Of a stretch of DNA of 64,000 bases, positions 47,816-62,284 are shown in pieces. The first letter of the stretch is position 1; each line of letters opens with the position of its first letter. The notes beneath the pieces are model-generated. The model was not told where the DNA came from, ran no database searches, and saw only the letters and a program-made list of their open reading frames with translations. The DNA is from Heteronotia binoei (lineage: Eukaryota), in contig NC_083235.1 of assembly GCF_032191835.1 (NCBI RefSeq), positions 65,286,001 through 65,350,000 on the forward strand. The letters are read 5' to 3'. The translations under genes were made by a program, and so were the position numbers.

Positions 47816-47968
47816 CTCTCTGTAAAGGAGGCAAGCTGCAAAGCGAAAGGCTTGGTACAACATTGTTTCTTTTGGCCTTATGCACCTGCTACCCCTAGAT
47901 GTTGCATCCTTTAGCTGCTTCTATGAAAGCTTGTGTTAAGATCATGAGCAGGAAAAAAAAAAATCAAA

Positions 47969-48347
47969 GAGCCAGTTTGGTGTGGAGAGCCAGTTTGGTG
48001 TAGTGGTTAAGTGTGCAGACTCTTATCTGGGAGAACCGGGTTTGATTCCCCACTCCTCCACTTGCAGCTGCTGGAATGGCCTTGGGTCAGCCATAGCTCT
48101 CTTATCTGGGAGAACCAGGTTTGATTCCCCACTCCTCCACTTGCACCTGTTGGAATGGCCTTGGGTCAGCCATAGCTCTGGTAGAGGTTGTCCTTGAAAG
48201 GGCAGCTGCTGTGAGAGCCCTCTCCAGCCCCACCCACCTCACAGGGTGTCTGTTGTGGGGGAGGAAGGGAAAGGAGATTGTGAGCCGCTCTGAGACTCTT
48301 CAGAGTAGAGGGCGGGATATAAATCCAATATCATCTTCTTCTTCTTC
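47969..48347 (+). mobile_element. Squam3-like SINE with duplicated 5' tip and internal 5' duplication
   Basis: Segment cttatctgggagaacc...ccatagctct is present twice. Confidence 0.9.
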
Positions 48348-48433
48348 TAAAACACAAAGCATCTTAGAGCCCAGCAATTTTTATGGTAAAATTGAAGATA
48401 AGAGACACAGAGTTGATCTATGATCTTATGAAG

Positions 48434-48436
<3 letters not shown>

Positions 48437-48468
<32 letters not shown>
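48437..48468. repeat. (TG)16 microsatellite
   Basis: Direct read. Confidence 0.95.
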
Positions 48469-48472
<4 letters not shown>

Positions 48473-51400
48473 AAAGAAGATCCATGATGATAAAGAACAC
48501 TTTTTCTAGAAAAATGAGGGGTGAGCTTTTGCCTTGTTGTTCTGCTGTAATCAAGGATGTGTGTGACTCCCACTATATAATTAGTTTTCTCCAGATATAA
48601 TACATGAAGGATCCAATCCTAAACACACTCACTAGTAAGTAAAACCCACTGAGCTACAACATGTTTAGGATTGCACCGCAAATCTCTCCGATCCCTCACT
48701 GGATTGTCTGACTTTTTTCTATTTGCTTTTTTTTGGTATTCTCTTTTTAATTAAACTTTTAAAAACGATATACAACAAATGCAGTCAAATATTCACAAAA
48801 TACTTAACCCTTTAAATCCTCCCTCCCTCCCAGACAAAAACCTATCTATACCATTATCTTAGGATCAGGTTCAGACAGGCGAAGTTAAAGAGGTAGATAC
48901 AAGACAATATGGGCAAAATAAAAAGCTGCAACATCCAACCTAATAATGAACTCTGAAGAACTTGAAATGTTGCATGCTGTGTTGTGTTCTTTTGACTGAT
49001 ATTAGTAATGCTTAAAAAAGTGTTGGCTTGCACGGTTTTTGCTGTTGTTGAATACTTTTTAAAATACAATATTTTAAATTTCTTTCAGGCATACAGTGAG
49101 ATCTGAATTCTTTTCCACGCACACTTTTTGTTTATATTCAGTACCTTATATATCTGAATGGGTGTCTGAGGTCCTTTATTGTAACACAATATCTGGGGGT
49201 AAAGCTGCAGTCCAAAGAGCTCATGAAAATGATCCGAGTTTCAAGCAAAGCCAGAGTTCCTAATCTAGCCCTATGTGGTTACTCAAAATAGCATTTAAAA
49301 TCTGAGCATTCATTCCAGCTTTTTCTTCTCTCTCTCTCCAAGATTCTTGGAGCAGAGCCCAAGTGTTGTTGGGTTGGGTTTTTTTTTTTTAAACATTGCA
49401 AAGCACAATATGCATTTATAGTGCGGTAGTAATTAAAGTTTGTCATCTACCTATGAGACAGTAGGCCTTGTCAAACAAGTAACTTGCAAATGTTTTTTTT
49501 TTTTCATTGAGACACTGCCAGAAGAAGTTGTCAAATCTGCACAGTGCATTCCTAGGCAGAGTTGCTTCATTCTAAATCCATTTAAATTAATGGGGTTAGG
49601 CTCGTCATAGGATTGCAGTACCAGAAAGTGTTCTCCTTCCCACGGCCTCTCTGTGACTTGTCAAACCAGTCATATGCTCGTTCATTTGGAAATAAACTGC
49701 CCGGTAGGCTTTGTTCTCAAATAAGCATGCACCATGTGCAGTTTTTTTTTTTTTTTAATTTACAAAGCTTCTTACTATTATGTGTAGAAAAGACATTAAG
49801 TATAAAATTAAGAGAGAAGCCTAACTAGGTGGTATAACTAGGTGATTGGAGGGCTCGGTATGGATAGAGGTGGTTGGACAGGGTGGTGGAGGCTGCACCA
49901 TTTCCCCTTTAATAGAATCAAGTACATGAGAACACACAAGCCTGCTGAAACAAGGTACTGAACTTCCAAATTACTGTGTTTGTGTATTCTTAGTGCTGCA
50001 AGGGACAAGGATGGGGAAAAAAATCAGAGTTTGTTTCCTGCTCTTCACTCCATCCTACCAGCCTCTCTGGGCACTAGCCATCACTAGTGACATACACCTA
50101 ATCAGACATGAGTCTGAAGCGAGTGTCTGGTAAACTTCTATGAAGAAACATCAGGTTTTATCTGTGTATTCATGTCATGAACATGCATGCCTTTTAACTA
50201 TATTCCAGCAGTTGCCCAATGAATCCTGAGCCAGAAGAGGGCAAAACATTATTCAAAAAGTACTTTTTTAATGGTCTGTGAAACAATTTAGAGATTGCAA
50301 TCCATTAGTCCTCTCCTTCATTCCAGATAACGCTGACAGTTCTGTTATATTAGGGGCAACCACAAAGAAAGCCATACATACTTCTTGTTACAAAGGCTCT
50401 GAAGTCCCAAACTGAAGGAAGCTGGAGTACAGTCCACAAAGATTATGTCAGAAGACAAACACGTTTATCTGAGAGGCGATCTTTCAGGTATGTAGACCTA
50501 GGCCATGAAAGGCTTTAAATGCCAAAAGGAACACCTTGAAAACACTGAGAACCAATGCACTTGGTAAACTGTTATCCATCTATACCCACACAAAGGTCGG
50601 ATGCAGCGTTCGTCACTAACGGTAATTTCTGCACCATCTTCCTCAGCAGTCCTATGAAGAGAATTTTACACTAGTCAGTCCACATGTATCAAGGACAGAC
50701 TACTGTAATATGCTTACCATGGGACTGTTCTAGAAGACACAGTGCAGAAATTGCAGGTAGCCTAGGATAGGGTAAAGTGAGTATATCTGATAAAAGGCAC
50801 CCCTGACTACTTTAGCAACCTATTTATCTATCTGATAATGTGCTAGATCTGAGGCATTTTTTAAAAAATACAGTTCTGTTAAAGATCAATGGTTGCTTGA
50901 CAGCTTTTTGTCTTTGTAAATGCTACTCTTCAGAACCTGCTGTTCTTGGCACTAGCAAACAGGCCAACAGTTCTACCAGCTTCTTTTGTGAGCATGAAAT
51001 TGGCTTACAGGGATACAGATGGAAGCGGGAGATGGGGTAAATAAAGAAGATATTGCTATGAAATAATAAATGTTAAACAGAGAAACTGTCCCATTCAGGT
51101 GCCCAGCTCAGCAATCATAAGTGTTCTACCATTGCTGACTATGCAAGAATTTCAAAATTTCCTACATTCAGAGAACAATTTTCTGCACTTGCCATGGTAA
51201 CAGGACCTGAATAAACAACTAGTAACTGGCAAAACTTGGTCTTGTCGGCATATGGCCAGATACTTGCAATGCAGAAGGTTAAAGGAAAGCTGGGTATAGA
51301 GAAAAGTATTACTAGGTGAAAAGACCTGTCCCTCCTGATGAGATGTTTTGTCCTGCCATTTGTCCTGCTCGTCCTGCCTGACGAGAAAATTTTGTCATGC

Positions 51401-53907
51401 CATTCTGCGTGTGCTTACAGGATAACAAAATGCAAAGCAGAACAAGGCTTGGGTAACCTTACTTTTTATGTAAATGCAGACTGTTTAATAAGAGAAAAAA
51501 GTATTAACGGCTCAGATTTCTCCTGCGTTCAAGGTGCAGGATCCTTTATATATGATCACACTATCTGCATGTTCATCAAAACCAGTGTGCTGTCTATTAA
51601 AAGACCAAGGTACTGATTCTACAAACCAGTATTAAGCAAAGGAATTTAAGCTTTCAAATATTTATCCTCTCTAAATCTGAGGTCCAAACTGTAGAATACC
51701 TGGGTCCCCAGACAGAGACTACTGAATGAGGAATGAATTAACACAATTTTAGCACAAGCAGCAACACAATCTTCTTTAACAGTAGCATCTTTTCCATATT
51801 CTAGAACTCAGATCAATGTGATAGGTGGTGGGATAGAACTGGTAGTTTGAGGACTTGAGGGCAAGCCCTCAAACTACTAGATCCTTAACCAATAAATAGA
51901 AGACAACAAGGCTTATGGGGGGGAGGGGGAATCCCATCTCCCCCTGCATCACTGAGTTTGGTGGAGTTGCATACCCCACCACCCACCTCTGAGGCTAGCC
52001 TTATATTTATGAGCATTGGTCCACTCCTAAAGGAACTATGGAATATACTCTCAGATCGAAGAGGAAATAATTTCAGCAGGAGTGAGATGAGTATACATCG
52101 GGATTTATACTTTGGACAATATAATTTGTAAATCCTTTGCTTTTGCATTACACATATGTTTATACTATATGTTGGTTTTGGACCACAAACCAGACAATAT
52201 AAACCTGTAGATGAGATGAACATAAATTATTGGGTTTTATATACTTTATTTGCATTATGTGAATCTTTATAGTGGCTTGAACAGCAGTTGGTATTTTTTT
52301 TTACTAATTGTACAGAAAGTGGGCTACAAAGGTAGAAGAAATGCAGTAAAAGTAAGGTGAAACATACAATAAACATTTCAACAGACGACAGCCCTTTCCC
52401 TAATAAAAGTGACCTCCTGAGCGGTTTCATTTTACAACAGTTGTAATCCTTTCATAAAAATGCCTTCCTGAATATTTCTGTTTTGCACATACTGAGAAAT
52501 CATAGAAGGGGAGGGGGAACCTTCTCACATAAAGGGAGAAAGATGAGGTATACTGAACCAAAACTGTGGCAATTTGTGACAAGGAAGCAAGGCGTGTTTG
52601 ATATGCGTATTAAACATATTTGCTTTTCCTGCTTATGATGAAATGATACTTCACTCTGATCTCTGGATAAAAACTTACAGAGTGGCAAGATGAACTTGCA
52701 TCTTGTGTGATGGAGCAGAGGTTAACTTAAAGCCACCTCTATGGGCAGGCAAAGGGCTGCAAAATACCTTTTTTGATCTAGCTTTCCGTTTGCCCAGGTA
52801 ACAGGATATCAATTCATGTACTGATGGAGATAGCCAGAAGAACAAAGGGCCTTTCCTGGGGCCCCAGGAGAACTCCTCATGGAGATCTAGCACCTTGACA
52901 TCTGGGCCAGATGAGTAAATTCCACATTTCATATGGTAGAATGAGAGGCCTGCAGGAATTATTTTGCTACATTGCTCCATCACTTAGAAAATAGTAATTG
53001 TCATTCAATATCAATAGGTACATCTCATTGCTTTTTCTAACTACTTCCCCTCTTTACACATCGTATCACATACCAACTTCTCCCTCTCTGTCCTAGTTAT
53101 TTTTTGGCTCTCTTAAAGCACAATCTTCTAAGCCCATTGATTTAGAAGGGTGTAGCTCTGCTTCGGATGGCAGTTTCCTTTCAACTGAGCCTATGCATTG
53201 TTTATTTGGGAGGCAGGGAAGCCCCACCAAAGTGAGTATGAATTTATTCACAAGAAAATCTCACTTAATTTGGTAGAAGTGATTTCCCAGTTTCATTTTT
53301 TGAAAAGTAATTTTATAGATCCTTCCATTGTCAAGATAAGGGGAAAGGCAGATCTCAATGGAAGGCACGCAAGACTTACTTTTTTTTTTTTTTCCAAATA
53401 AAGTTGGGAATTCAGAGAACCTGTTACATTTATTGAAATAATGGTCCATCAATATAACAATAATAAATGGCTGATTTTTACAAATGATCCAGGAGCCCTG
53501 GGGAAGAAGAGAAGACAATTGCTGGGAGACTGGGGCAGGGAAACTTGCCATCTGGAAGCCCCATTGCCACAGTGCTTTATCAGTAGCTGCGGTGGCTTCT
53601 TCAGAAGCCCGTCCTCATGAGGCAACCACAAGCACGTATTTACTTAACAGCAGGAAAAATAAGTCTGTCAACAAAAAGGGAATTCCTGATGTGCACAAAT
53701 GTTAGAAATTATAAATCTTAAAATGTATACTGGAAGTTATTATTACGTATGCGACATCCTTGTGGGGTTATCCTTTATTAGGGTTTCAGTTTGTGACAAT
53801 GGAAGAAAAGGATTTCCAAGTGTATTCAGCTTGGAACTTGGCCCCCTACCTTGACTTGACTGATCTTGCCACTAGATCCATGCCGTCAAGACTAGATTAC
53901 AGTAATA

Positions 53908-54537
53908 CAGAGGGGTCTAATTCATTTGTTACAAGGGCCAGATCTGACATAAACGAGACCTTGTTGGACTGGGCCATGTGTCACAAAATGTAATGCCAAT
54001 AATGGAGATATAAGCTTTCTAAAGGACACAGACAAACATAGTTAAAGACTTTTTAGAAACTTAAAATAAAATATGCTTAAAAGATTAGTACTCTTGCAAT
54101 ATTTTGTTTATTTAACAGTCTCTGAAACCTGACACTTCTTGCTCTGAATTACTGCATCAAAAACTGGAGACAATGTCTGTGCTGTAGCAATCCTGAGTAT
54201 GTTGTTCAGGTGTGTATCTGTAAGTCGTAAACCTACTTTTGATTTATTGACATTCATTACAGAAATTCATGGCCAATGCTTTGAGCCTAAGACCCAGAGG
54301 AAAACATGAAATGGCTGGGCATTGTGAGCTTTTGTACATAAGCTGCTTCACATGCTAGTCAGCCAATGGAGAAAACAGAGGCTTTGCTCTGTAGCTTAAT
54401 TGAGCAAGCCTGGCAAAGCAAGCTGTGATGTGGATGGAAGCAAGAGAGGGAGAAGGAAGCAGTGAGTTGCTTGCAAACCTGATAGGAGCCCTCCAGGGGT
54501 CTGATTTGGCCCACAGGCCACATGTTTGACACCCCTG
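53908..54537. mobile_element. Older, shorter copy of the same Charlie-like family
   Basis: 5' part aligns to 13033-13170 and 13290-13365; ends tttGACACCCCTG; TSD decayed. Confidence 0.7.
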
Positions 54538-56386
54538 CTCTACATAACGCTCTCTTCAAAATCAACATGGAAACTGCAGTTAGCACAGAATGGCTGCAGC
54601 CTGGTTTTTATCAGGAACTGGTTGGCGCCTGCATATTACTCCCACTCCGCAGTCACTCCTTTGGCTGCTCATTAGTTACTGGGTTCAATTCAAGGTATTG
54701 GTCATCACATACAAAGCCCTTCATGGCCTTGAACCCTTATGTCTGGAGGACTGCCTCTCCTATGCCCCACCATGACATCACTCACCTGAATTTGGCTTTC
54801 TACTGATGCCACCATGCAAATGGGTGAGAGCAACAACTGCCCACACATCAGTAAGGACTTTCTCAGTTGTGGTGTCAAAACTTTGGAACTCCCTCACCAG
54901 GGAGAACTGTCTCTCTCCATCTTTTGGTCATCCACCAACAGGAGAAGATAAAAAAATATTATATGTGTATGTGTGTGCGTGAGAATGTGTTTGTGTGTAC
55001 CCGCAAGTCATGGTGACCTCTGGTGACTGACCCTGACTGGGGGCCTGGAGGATATTCAGAGAGGTGGCTGAATAAAGCCTGTCCCCACCTCCTGGTATTC
55101 CAAGGAGGTCTCCCATGCAAGGACTTGTCAGAGGTGACCTTCCTTAGATTCTGAGACCGGTTGAGACTAGGCTTGCTTGGGCTATCCAGGTCAGGGCTCA
55201 TACCCCCAGTAACTATTATTGGCCCTTCTCTCTGATTTTGGTGTTATTAGTGTGTTTTTATTGAATTTTGTTATTTATTTAATTTATACCCCACTCTATC
55301 CCACAAGTGGGCTTAGGGCAGCTTACAATATAAAAACCAGTCAGCAGTAAAACAATAAAATGTAGATGGCAGCACAAATAGGACAAAGATTCATGCCTCC
55401 TATCAAGCAGAAAATAGGTGCCCCTAGAAACTCAGTGTCCAAATAATATCAGAAACAGAAGGGCACTCGAAGAGGTGCAATGAGCAGGGGAGGCAAGAAT
55501 AACTGAACTATTTTAATACTGTTTTAAATATGTAAATATTTTCACGTTCACTGCCTTGGAAATCCTAAACAGGTGGAAAGGTGGCATTGAAATGTTTTAA
55601 ATAAAATAATAAATACATGTATTATCTGTTGCTGCATGTTTTTTTATCTTGCTTTCACTGAATTATATTCTTGCTTACCTAATACTTTGTCTGTATTGTT
55701 TAATGTAGCATTTAAATAGTTATGCCTTATTTCACACTTCTGCAATCCCAGTTCTATTACTTTGTTTGCTAGACGTCTCCTCATCCTGTTGATCATGCTC
55801 TTACGTTATGTAATCTGCCCTGAGAGTAACTGAAAAAGGCAGACTATTAAATTACACAAATAAAATATTCTATTAACGTATTTCCACACCACCTTCTAAC
55901 CCAAGGTGGCTTACAGTTTCAGAAATTATAAACATAAAAGTCCCACTGAATTGTAAGTATGACACACATTACAAACAGCCCCATCTCCTGTGAATAAAAA
56001 AGAAGAAAAACCATTTAAATGCTGTATTTTTGCACTTAGCCAACAGGAAACTAGCAACTTGGCTGATTTTTTTTTTACATCTGGGATATGCAGATAAGGC
56101 AAGCTAAATGTGCACAAGTAGAGACAAGTACGAACTGCAGAGTTCATTTTCTGATGAATCTGCAACCCAACAAGACCTGCCAAAAATCATCTCTGATCTT
56201 AGCAAGTGTGCCAAGAAAAGTACAGGGTCCTTAAGGTAAGAGCCCTTTAGGGCAAACCACCAGCTCTGTCAACCACAGCCAGAAGAGCAATGGAGCTTGG
56301 AAATGCCGGACCCTCTCTAGTCTAGTTGGTGGGTATACCAAGAAAAACAATTAGAAGTAGTCAAAACTAACCTCTTCCTTGATTTT

Positions 56387-56930
56387 ACATAAGAACATAA
56401 GAGAAGCCATGTTGGATCAGGCCAACGGCCCATCCAGTCCAACACTCTGTGTCACACAGTGGCCAAATACACACACACACACATATAAATGAGCATATGA
56501 AGCTGCCTTATACTGAATCAGACCTTTAGTCCATCAAAGTCAGTATTGTCTTCTCAGACTGGCAGCGGCTCTCCAGGGTCTCAAGCTGAGGATTTTCACA
56601 CCTATTTGCCTGGACCCTTTTTTGGAGATGCCAGGGATTGAACCTGGGACCTTCTGCTTCCCAAGCAGATGCTCTACCACTGAGCCACCGTCCCTCCCTA
56701 TACACACACTGTGGCTAATAGCCACTGATGGACCTCTGCTCCATATTTTTATCTAACCCCCTCCTGAAGCTGGCTATGCTTGTAGCCGCCACCACCTCCT
56801 GTGGCAGTGAATTCCACATGTTAATCACCCTTTGGGTGAAGAAGTACTTCCTTTTATCCGTTTTAGCCGGACTGCTCAGCAATTTCATCGAATGCCCACG
56901 AGTTCTTGTATTGTGAGAAAGGGAGAAAAG
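56387..56930 (-). mobile_element. CR1 LINE 3' end with nested Squam2-like SINE (56494-56698)
   Basis: HNTRTRGHSMKL...KRKYFFTQRVINMWNSLPQEVV...FRRGLDK; (TTATGTTC)-type tail. Confidence 0.9.
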
Positions 56931-57714
56931 GACTTTAAAAAGCACACCCAGAGGCAACCATGACATTGACACGTAGGAGTTTCATTTGGCTGGCTTTGAT
57001 TCAAAGTTGCCTCAACTGAGCTCCAATGCTGTTCCCACAGAAATTGGGGAGGGAATGCCAGAATTATGCAGATACTCTCTCACAAAAGAAAGATCCATAG
57101 TCCTCCATTCAGTGCACCACAACACATTAAAAAAGATCCACGTTTTGAAAAGAAGGCTGACATTCATTCACTCACTTCCTACTCTCCTCCATGCTCTCTG
57201 CTGCAGCAGCCTGCCCCTGAATTAATGAACCCTTGCTATATCTCCAGACGCGTCCAAATATAACATTCCCCTCCCCTTCTCAAGTGCACAACTCTCCCTG
57301 ACCTCTCTTGAACTCTGTCCTCGAAATACCTTCATCCCATCTTCCCCAGCAAGCCTCCTTCCAAGATTTCCTGTCCTACCATTTCCATGCCGATTCTGAC
57401 ATCCATTCATCCGTCTTTTTTTTCTTTTTTTTAACCCCGTGTCTTAAATGTCTTGCGACAACTTACTCCTAGATCCCTCCAACAGAAGGCTTCAAAGCAA
57501 TCGGGCTCCCTCCCTGGCCCCTCTCGCTCAACTCTGCTCGCTGTCGCCCCACTTCGCTTTCTCCAAGCCCTTACATTCCTGCAGTCTCTTAACGTTGTCC
57601 TGTTGCTTCAGGCCAACACGGCGACCTACCCGGAGCTTTCCTGCATTATGTGACACTCCCTTTTACTCCCCCCCCCCAAAAAAAAGAGTCCTCCTCTATC
57701 TCTTGGCCCTTTAC

Positions 57715-57809
57715 CTGAGACGATGGATGCCCCGGAGGCCGGTTCGATTCCCCAGCGCGGCCAGCAGCTCCCGAGTGGCTCTCTTCAGTGGGCCAGTTGC
57801 AGAAGCCAT
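57715..57809 (-). CDS. ACSF2: ACSF2 coding exon 1 (putative mitochondrial transit peptide)
   Basis: ATG at 57809 in a CpG island; MASATGPLKRATRELLAALGNRTGLRGIHRL(S); ends AG|gtaaag in phase 2, joining exon 2 as AGT (Ser); Arg-rich with only one acidic residue. Confidence 0.85.
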
Positions 57810-58231
57810 GTGTGCGGTGCGCGTCCGGAAGCCTCCCTGCAGAGTGTAGCTGGCTACCCCCACCACCCCCTGATGCCTGAGCTTCTCACCCGAGCGCGGA
57901 AGCGCCACCCACAAGCCGGGAGCTGGAAAGGGCGGGGCCGCAGGATCGAGCCCGCCCAACCGCGGCAGAGTAACGGTCTGCGTGCTGGACAGGAAGGAAT
58001 CTCTTAGGAAAGGAACTTTCAGCCTACTTTCAGCAAAGTCGCTCCTGGGCCAGCAGCTCTGCTTTTGAGAGTGCCCAGGCTACGCAGGCTTTCGCACAAC
58101 GCTTGAAACGGAGCTGGTCGATTCCAGCTTTGAAAAGTCCTCGATTCCACCACGCGCGCCCTAAAGGCGCCGCTGAACTTGGAAGGAGCGGAGCGCTGCA
58201 GCCTCTTCTCAAGAAAAGCGAGGACCTGTTG
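57720..58231 (-). promoter_or_regulatory. CpG-island promoter / 5' UTR of ACSF2
   Basis: CpG-dense sequence around the start codon; GC boxes gggcgggg (57930-57937) and cccgccc (57951-57957); CpG-rich sequence resumes at 58712 after a MITE insertion. Confidence 0.7.
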
Positions 58232-58711
58232 TAGGGTTGCCAAGTCCAATTCAAGACATATCTGGGGACTTTGGGGGTGGAGCCAAGATCAAGGCTGTGA
58301 CAAGCATCATTGAACTCCAAAGGGAGTTCTGGCCATCACATTTAAAGGGACGGCACACCTTTCCAATGCCTTCCTTCCCTAGGAAATAGTGAAGGATAGA
58401 GGCACCTTCTTTTGGGGCTCATAGAATTGGATCCCCGGGTCCAATCCTTTTGAAACTCGGGGGGTATTTTGGGGAGCGGCACTAGATGCTCTACTGAAAA
58501 TTTGGTGCCTCTACCCCCCAAAACAGCCCCCCCCCCAGATACCTGCAGATCAATTCTCCATGATTTTCTATGGGAATAAATCTCCATAGGGAATAACAGA
58601 GTTCCCAGCAGACATTTCCCTCCCCTCCCCCCGCTTTCTGACGACCCTGAAGGGGGGGAGGGCCTCCAAACCGGGGGATCCCCTGCCCCCACCTAGGGAT
58701 TGGCAACCCTA
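58232..58711 (-). mobile_element. hAT MITE (TAGGGTTGCCA termini), copy 1
   Basis: TIRs TAGGGTTGCCA/TGGCAACCCTA; perfect 8-bp TSD acctgttg; opposite orientation to copies 2 and 3. Confidence 0.92.
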
Positions 58712-59206
58712 ACCTGTTGCCCTCCAAGGGCAGAGCCTGAGAGCGTGGAGAAAACACGCAGACGGCGCTGGGGCACCTGCCTCCGCGTTGACCCGTTCAA
58801 GCGGGGGCTAGGGCGAGTCTTGAGAGGAGCGGAACCCGCCCGTCCCCCAGTCTCCAGCAAGCACACTTCGCTAGGGAGAAAGGCACGATGGGGGTGAACG
58901 CCGCGCTTACGTTTCGTGGCCGATTCTAGTCTACCGTCCCGTTTTAGCCACAAACAAGCTGGGCTCGTTTTTTAAGTGCTTGCCCTTATCCTGTCTAGAG
59001 TGGCGCCAGAGCACAGCTCTGTAAAAGGTTGCTTAAGGAAACGAAAGCCTGAAAACTGGAAACATCAAAGATAAAATCAGGTAGCAGCCTTCTCAACGGT
59101 TGGCTTCAAAAGGCTCAACGCCGGTAGGCGATCACCAGATGTCAGCTGAACCGTGAACTGCAGGTGGAATGTTTATGCATTAACACCCAAGTGGATGTGC
59201 ATGAGG

Positions 59207-59716
59207 TAGGGTTGCCAATCCCCAGGTGGGGGCAGGGGATCCCCCGGTTTGGAGACCCTCCCCCCGCTTCAGGGTCGTCAGAAAGCGGGGGGGGGGGGGG
59301 AGGGAAATGTCTGCTGGGAACTCTAGTATTCCCTATGGAGAATTATTCCCATAGAAAATCATGGAGAATTGATCTGTGGGTATCTGGGCCTCTGGGGGGG
59401 GCTGTTTTTTTGAGGTAGAGGCACCAAATTGTCAGTATAGCATCTAGTGCCTCTCCCCAAAATACCCCCCAAGTTTCAAAATGATTGGACCAGGGGGTCC
59501 AATTCTATGAGCCCCAAAAGAAGGTGCCCCTATCCATTATTTCCTATGGAAGGAAAGAATTAAAAAAGTGTGCCGTCCCTTTAAATGTGATGGCCAGAAC
59601 TCCCTTTGGAGTTCAATGATGCTTGTCACAGCCTTGATCCTGGCTCCACCCCTAATGTCTCCTGGCTCCACCTCCAAAGTCCCCAGATATTTCTTGAATT
59701 GGACTTGGCAACCCTA
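59207..59716 (+). mobile_element. hAT MITE, copy 2
   Basis: Same TIRs; perfect TSD gcatgagg. Confidence 0.92.
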
Positions 59717-59787
59717 GCATGAGGAAATCACTGGGGCAGACGGAATATTACTTTCATAGCTCTTACTAATGCGCAAGACACTGTAAT

Positions 59788-60266
59788 TAGGGTTGCCAAT
59801 CCCCAGGTGGGGGCAGGGGATCCCCCGGTTTGGAGGCCCTCCCCCCGCTTCAGGGTTGTCAGAGAGCGGGGGGAGGGGAGAGAAATGTCTGCTGGGAACT
59901 CTATTATTCCCTAAATATTCCCATAGAAAATCATGGAGAATTGATCCGTGTGTATCTGGGGCTCTGGGGGGGCTGTTTTTGGGGGCAGAGGCACCAATTT
60001 TTCAGTATAACATCTAGTGCCTGTCCCCAAAGTACCCACCAAGTTTCAAAAAGATTGGACCAGGGGGGGCAATTCTGTGAGCCCCAAAAGAAGGTGCTCC
60101 TATCCTTCATTATTTCCTATGGAAGAAAGGCATTGAAAAGGTGTGCTGTCCCTTTAAATGTGATGGCCAGAACTCCCTTTGGAGTTCAATTATGCTTGTC
60201 ACAGCCTTGATCTTGGCTCCACCCCAAAGTCCCCAGATATTTTTTGAATTGGACTTGGCAACCCTA
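59788..60266 (+). mobile_element. hAT MITE, copy 3
   Basis: Same TIRs; perfect TSD actgtaat. Confidence 0.92.
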
Positions 60267-62284
60267 ACTGTAATCCCCGTTTAGGCCTCTATTAATACAG
60301 AAAATTTCCAAGGCATTCTTCCAGCACCAATCTCTATGCCTGCCTGAACATAACAACTCTGAAATCTCTGACAGAATGGCTGCTTTGTCAAAGGTATTGT
60401 TTTTGGAATAGCAGTTATCCTGGGATCTAATGTTTGATTTCAAATACGTTATTGCTTAAATATCAATTTTCCGTTCTGCATATTGCTCCGAATAATGCTA
60501 TGTAGTTCTGTTACAAAATCAAATACACATGCATTTGTTCACAAAACTTATAAAACTTTTGTCTTCATTGATGCAAACATTTCTTCATTTCTATTGCTAT
60601 TACCTCTCTATTTTAGTGCCTGTATGATAAACTGAAATTTAGCAGATGACACTTCCAGCGTACACACAGTGATAATAAACATTTGACCTGATTAATTTGT
60701 TTGTCAGTAATTACAATAACAGGGGTGGTGTGGCAAGGAGCAGGATCCTGCAGGTTTCTTGTGGTCAGAGATCCTCCCTTCTAAGAACCCTTCTGCTGCG
60801 TGCGCGCACACACACACAGCTGTCTTCCCTTTTTGACCCTAGAACGGACAACGACCTTGGCTATATGCTACCGCTCTCGTTCAAGGGCCTGACTGGAGAG
60901 GGTCCAGAGCAATTTCCCAGCCCCTCCTCCAGCAGCCCCCTCTTGTCAGGGCATGAGTACAGGACCCAAAGGATTTCAGTAGAGTGGACATTTTAAAAAT
61001 CAACCCATTAACCAAATACTTTAATGAATAAAAGAACAGGTGAAAATGGAGAAAACCCCCAACGTAATAAGTATGCTATAAACACATGGGACAAAACTCC
61101 CACAGAAAGAAGCCAATTGGAAAACTATACAATTACTGGACTTCTAGCTCTGTTTCGATACCTGGTCCTCTTTAAGTCAGCCCTCCTTCCCCATTGCTTA
61201 GATGAGCCTCTTGGCTACTGAGGTCCTGGAAGAGAACAATGTCCCTCTCTGGGTATGGTTTTATATGTTCTTTCACAAGGTTCTACCTCCTTGGTTAACA
61301 TTTTTCCTCCAATTCCACCAGGGTGGAGAATTTGCAGAAAAATCCAGAACCGTACAAAAAAATTACATTGGGGGGCTTAAAAACCCAAATGATCAAAAGG
61401 AGCACTTCTAACTTTAAGAGACACATTTTATATGTGCTCTTACTAGGCAACCACAAGAAGCTTGGTCTCTGTCGGTAAAAGCCAGCAGGAGGCAGAGGGC
61501 CTTTTCAGAGGACATTTTGGCCTTCAAGGGAGGACTCATTGGGGGTCAGGCCCGGTGGCAGCCACTGGGTGACTTGTGTGGTGGTTAGAGTTTCAGACTA
61601 GGACCTCAAGTTCCCATTCTGCTGTGGATACTCACAGGGTAAGCTGGGGTTGGTTCAATATTCTCAGCCTAGTTTACCTCACAGGTGGGGGGAATGGCCT
61701 TTAAGAGCACCTGGATACCTCCTGTTGGGGTGAGATGGCCTGTCCCCACACCTAGCCAGCTCACTAACAGAAAGACTGTGCCTGCACTGTTGGCAAAGTA
61801 ATTAAACACAGCAACAACGCACTACACAACTTGATTAAAGAGTAGGTAAAGGTTTATTTAGGAAGTAACACAGGAAAGAGGAGAAGATAAGACCAACAAA
61901 AGTTTATTCAAGGTATAAGAAGTGCAGGCACACTTCTTCAGATACATTCAGACCAGCATGGCTGCCCACCAAGAAAGAGGAGAGACAGAGATAGGTTCCT
62001 AAGTACGTATATATCTAACCAAGAGAGATTGAGTGTAGCCCTTCTGAGAAGAAGGGAGAAATTGCCCTGAGTAGCAATCTGGAGACGAAGGAATGACACT
62101 TAACAGGAGACAGAAGGTACTTTCCTCACTATCCTATCTAATTGTCTTCTTGCTGCCCCCTTCAGGGTCTTCTCCTCTTCTTTGTAGAGCAGACATTGCC
62201 TTTTCCAACACACACAAGGCAGGAGAGGTGGAGACCAGCCAGCCTGAAGTAAGATATGAGATGCAAGGCTGGGAGATGGTAACC

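Noticed and set aside
57711-58249. Longer upstream-start ORFs over the ACSF2 promoter (57959 and 58249 starts)
   Set aside because: Non-ATG or TE-derived starts; the ATG at 57809 with a phase-2 donor fits exon 2.
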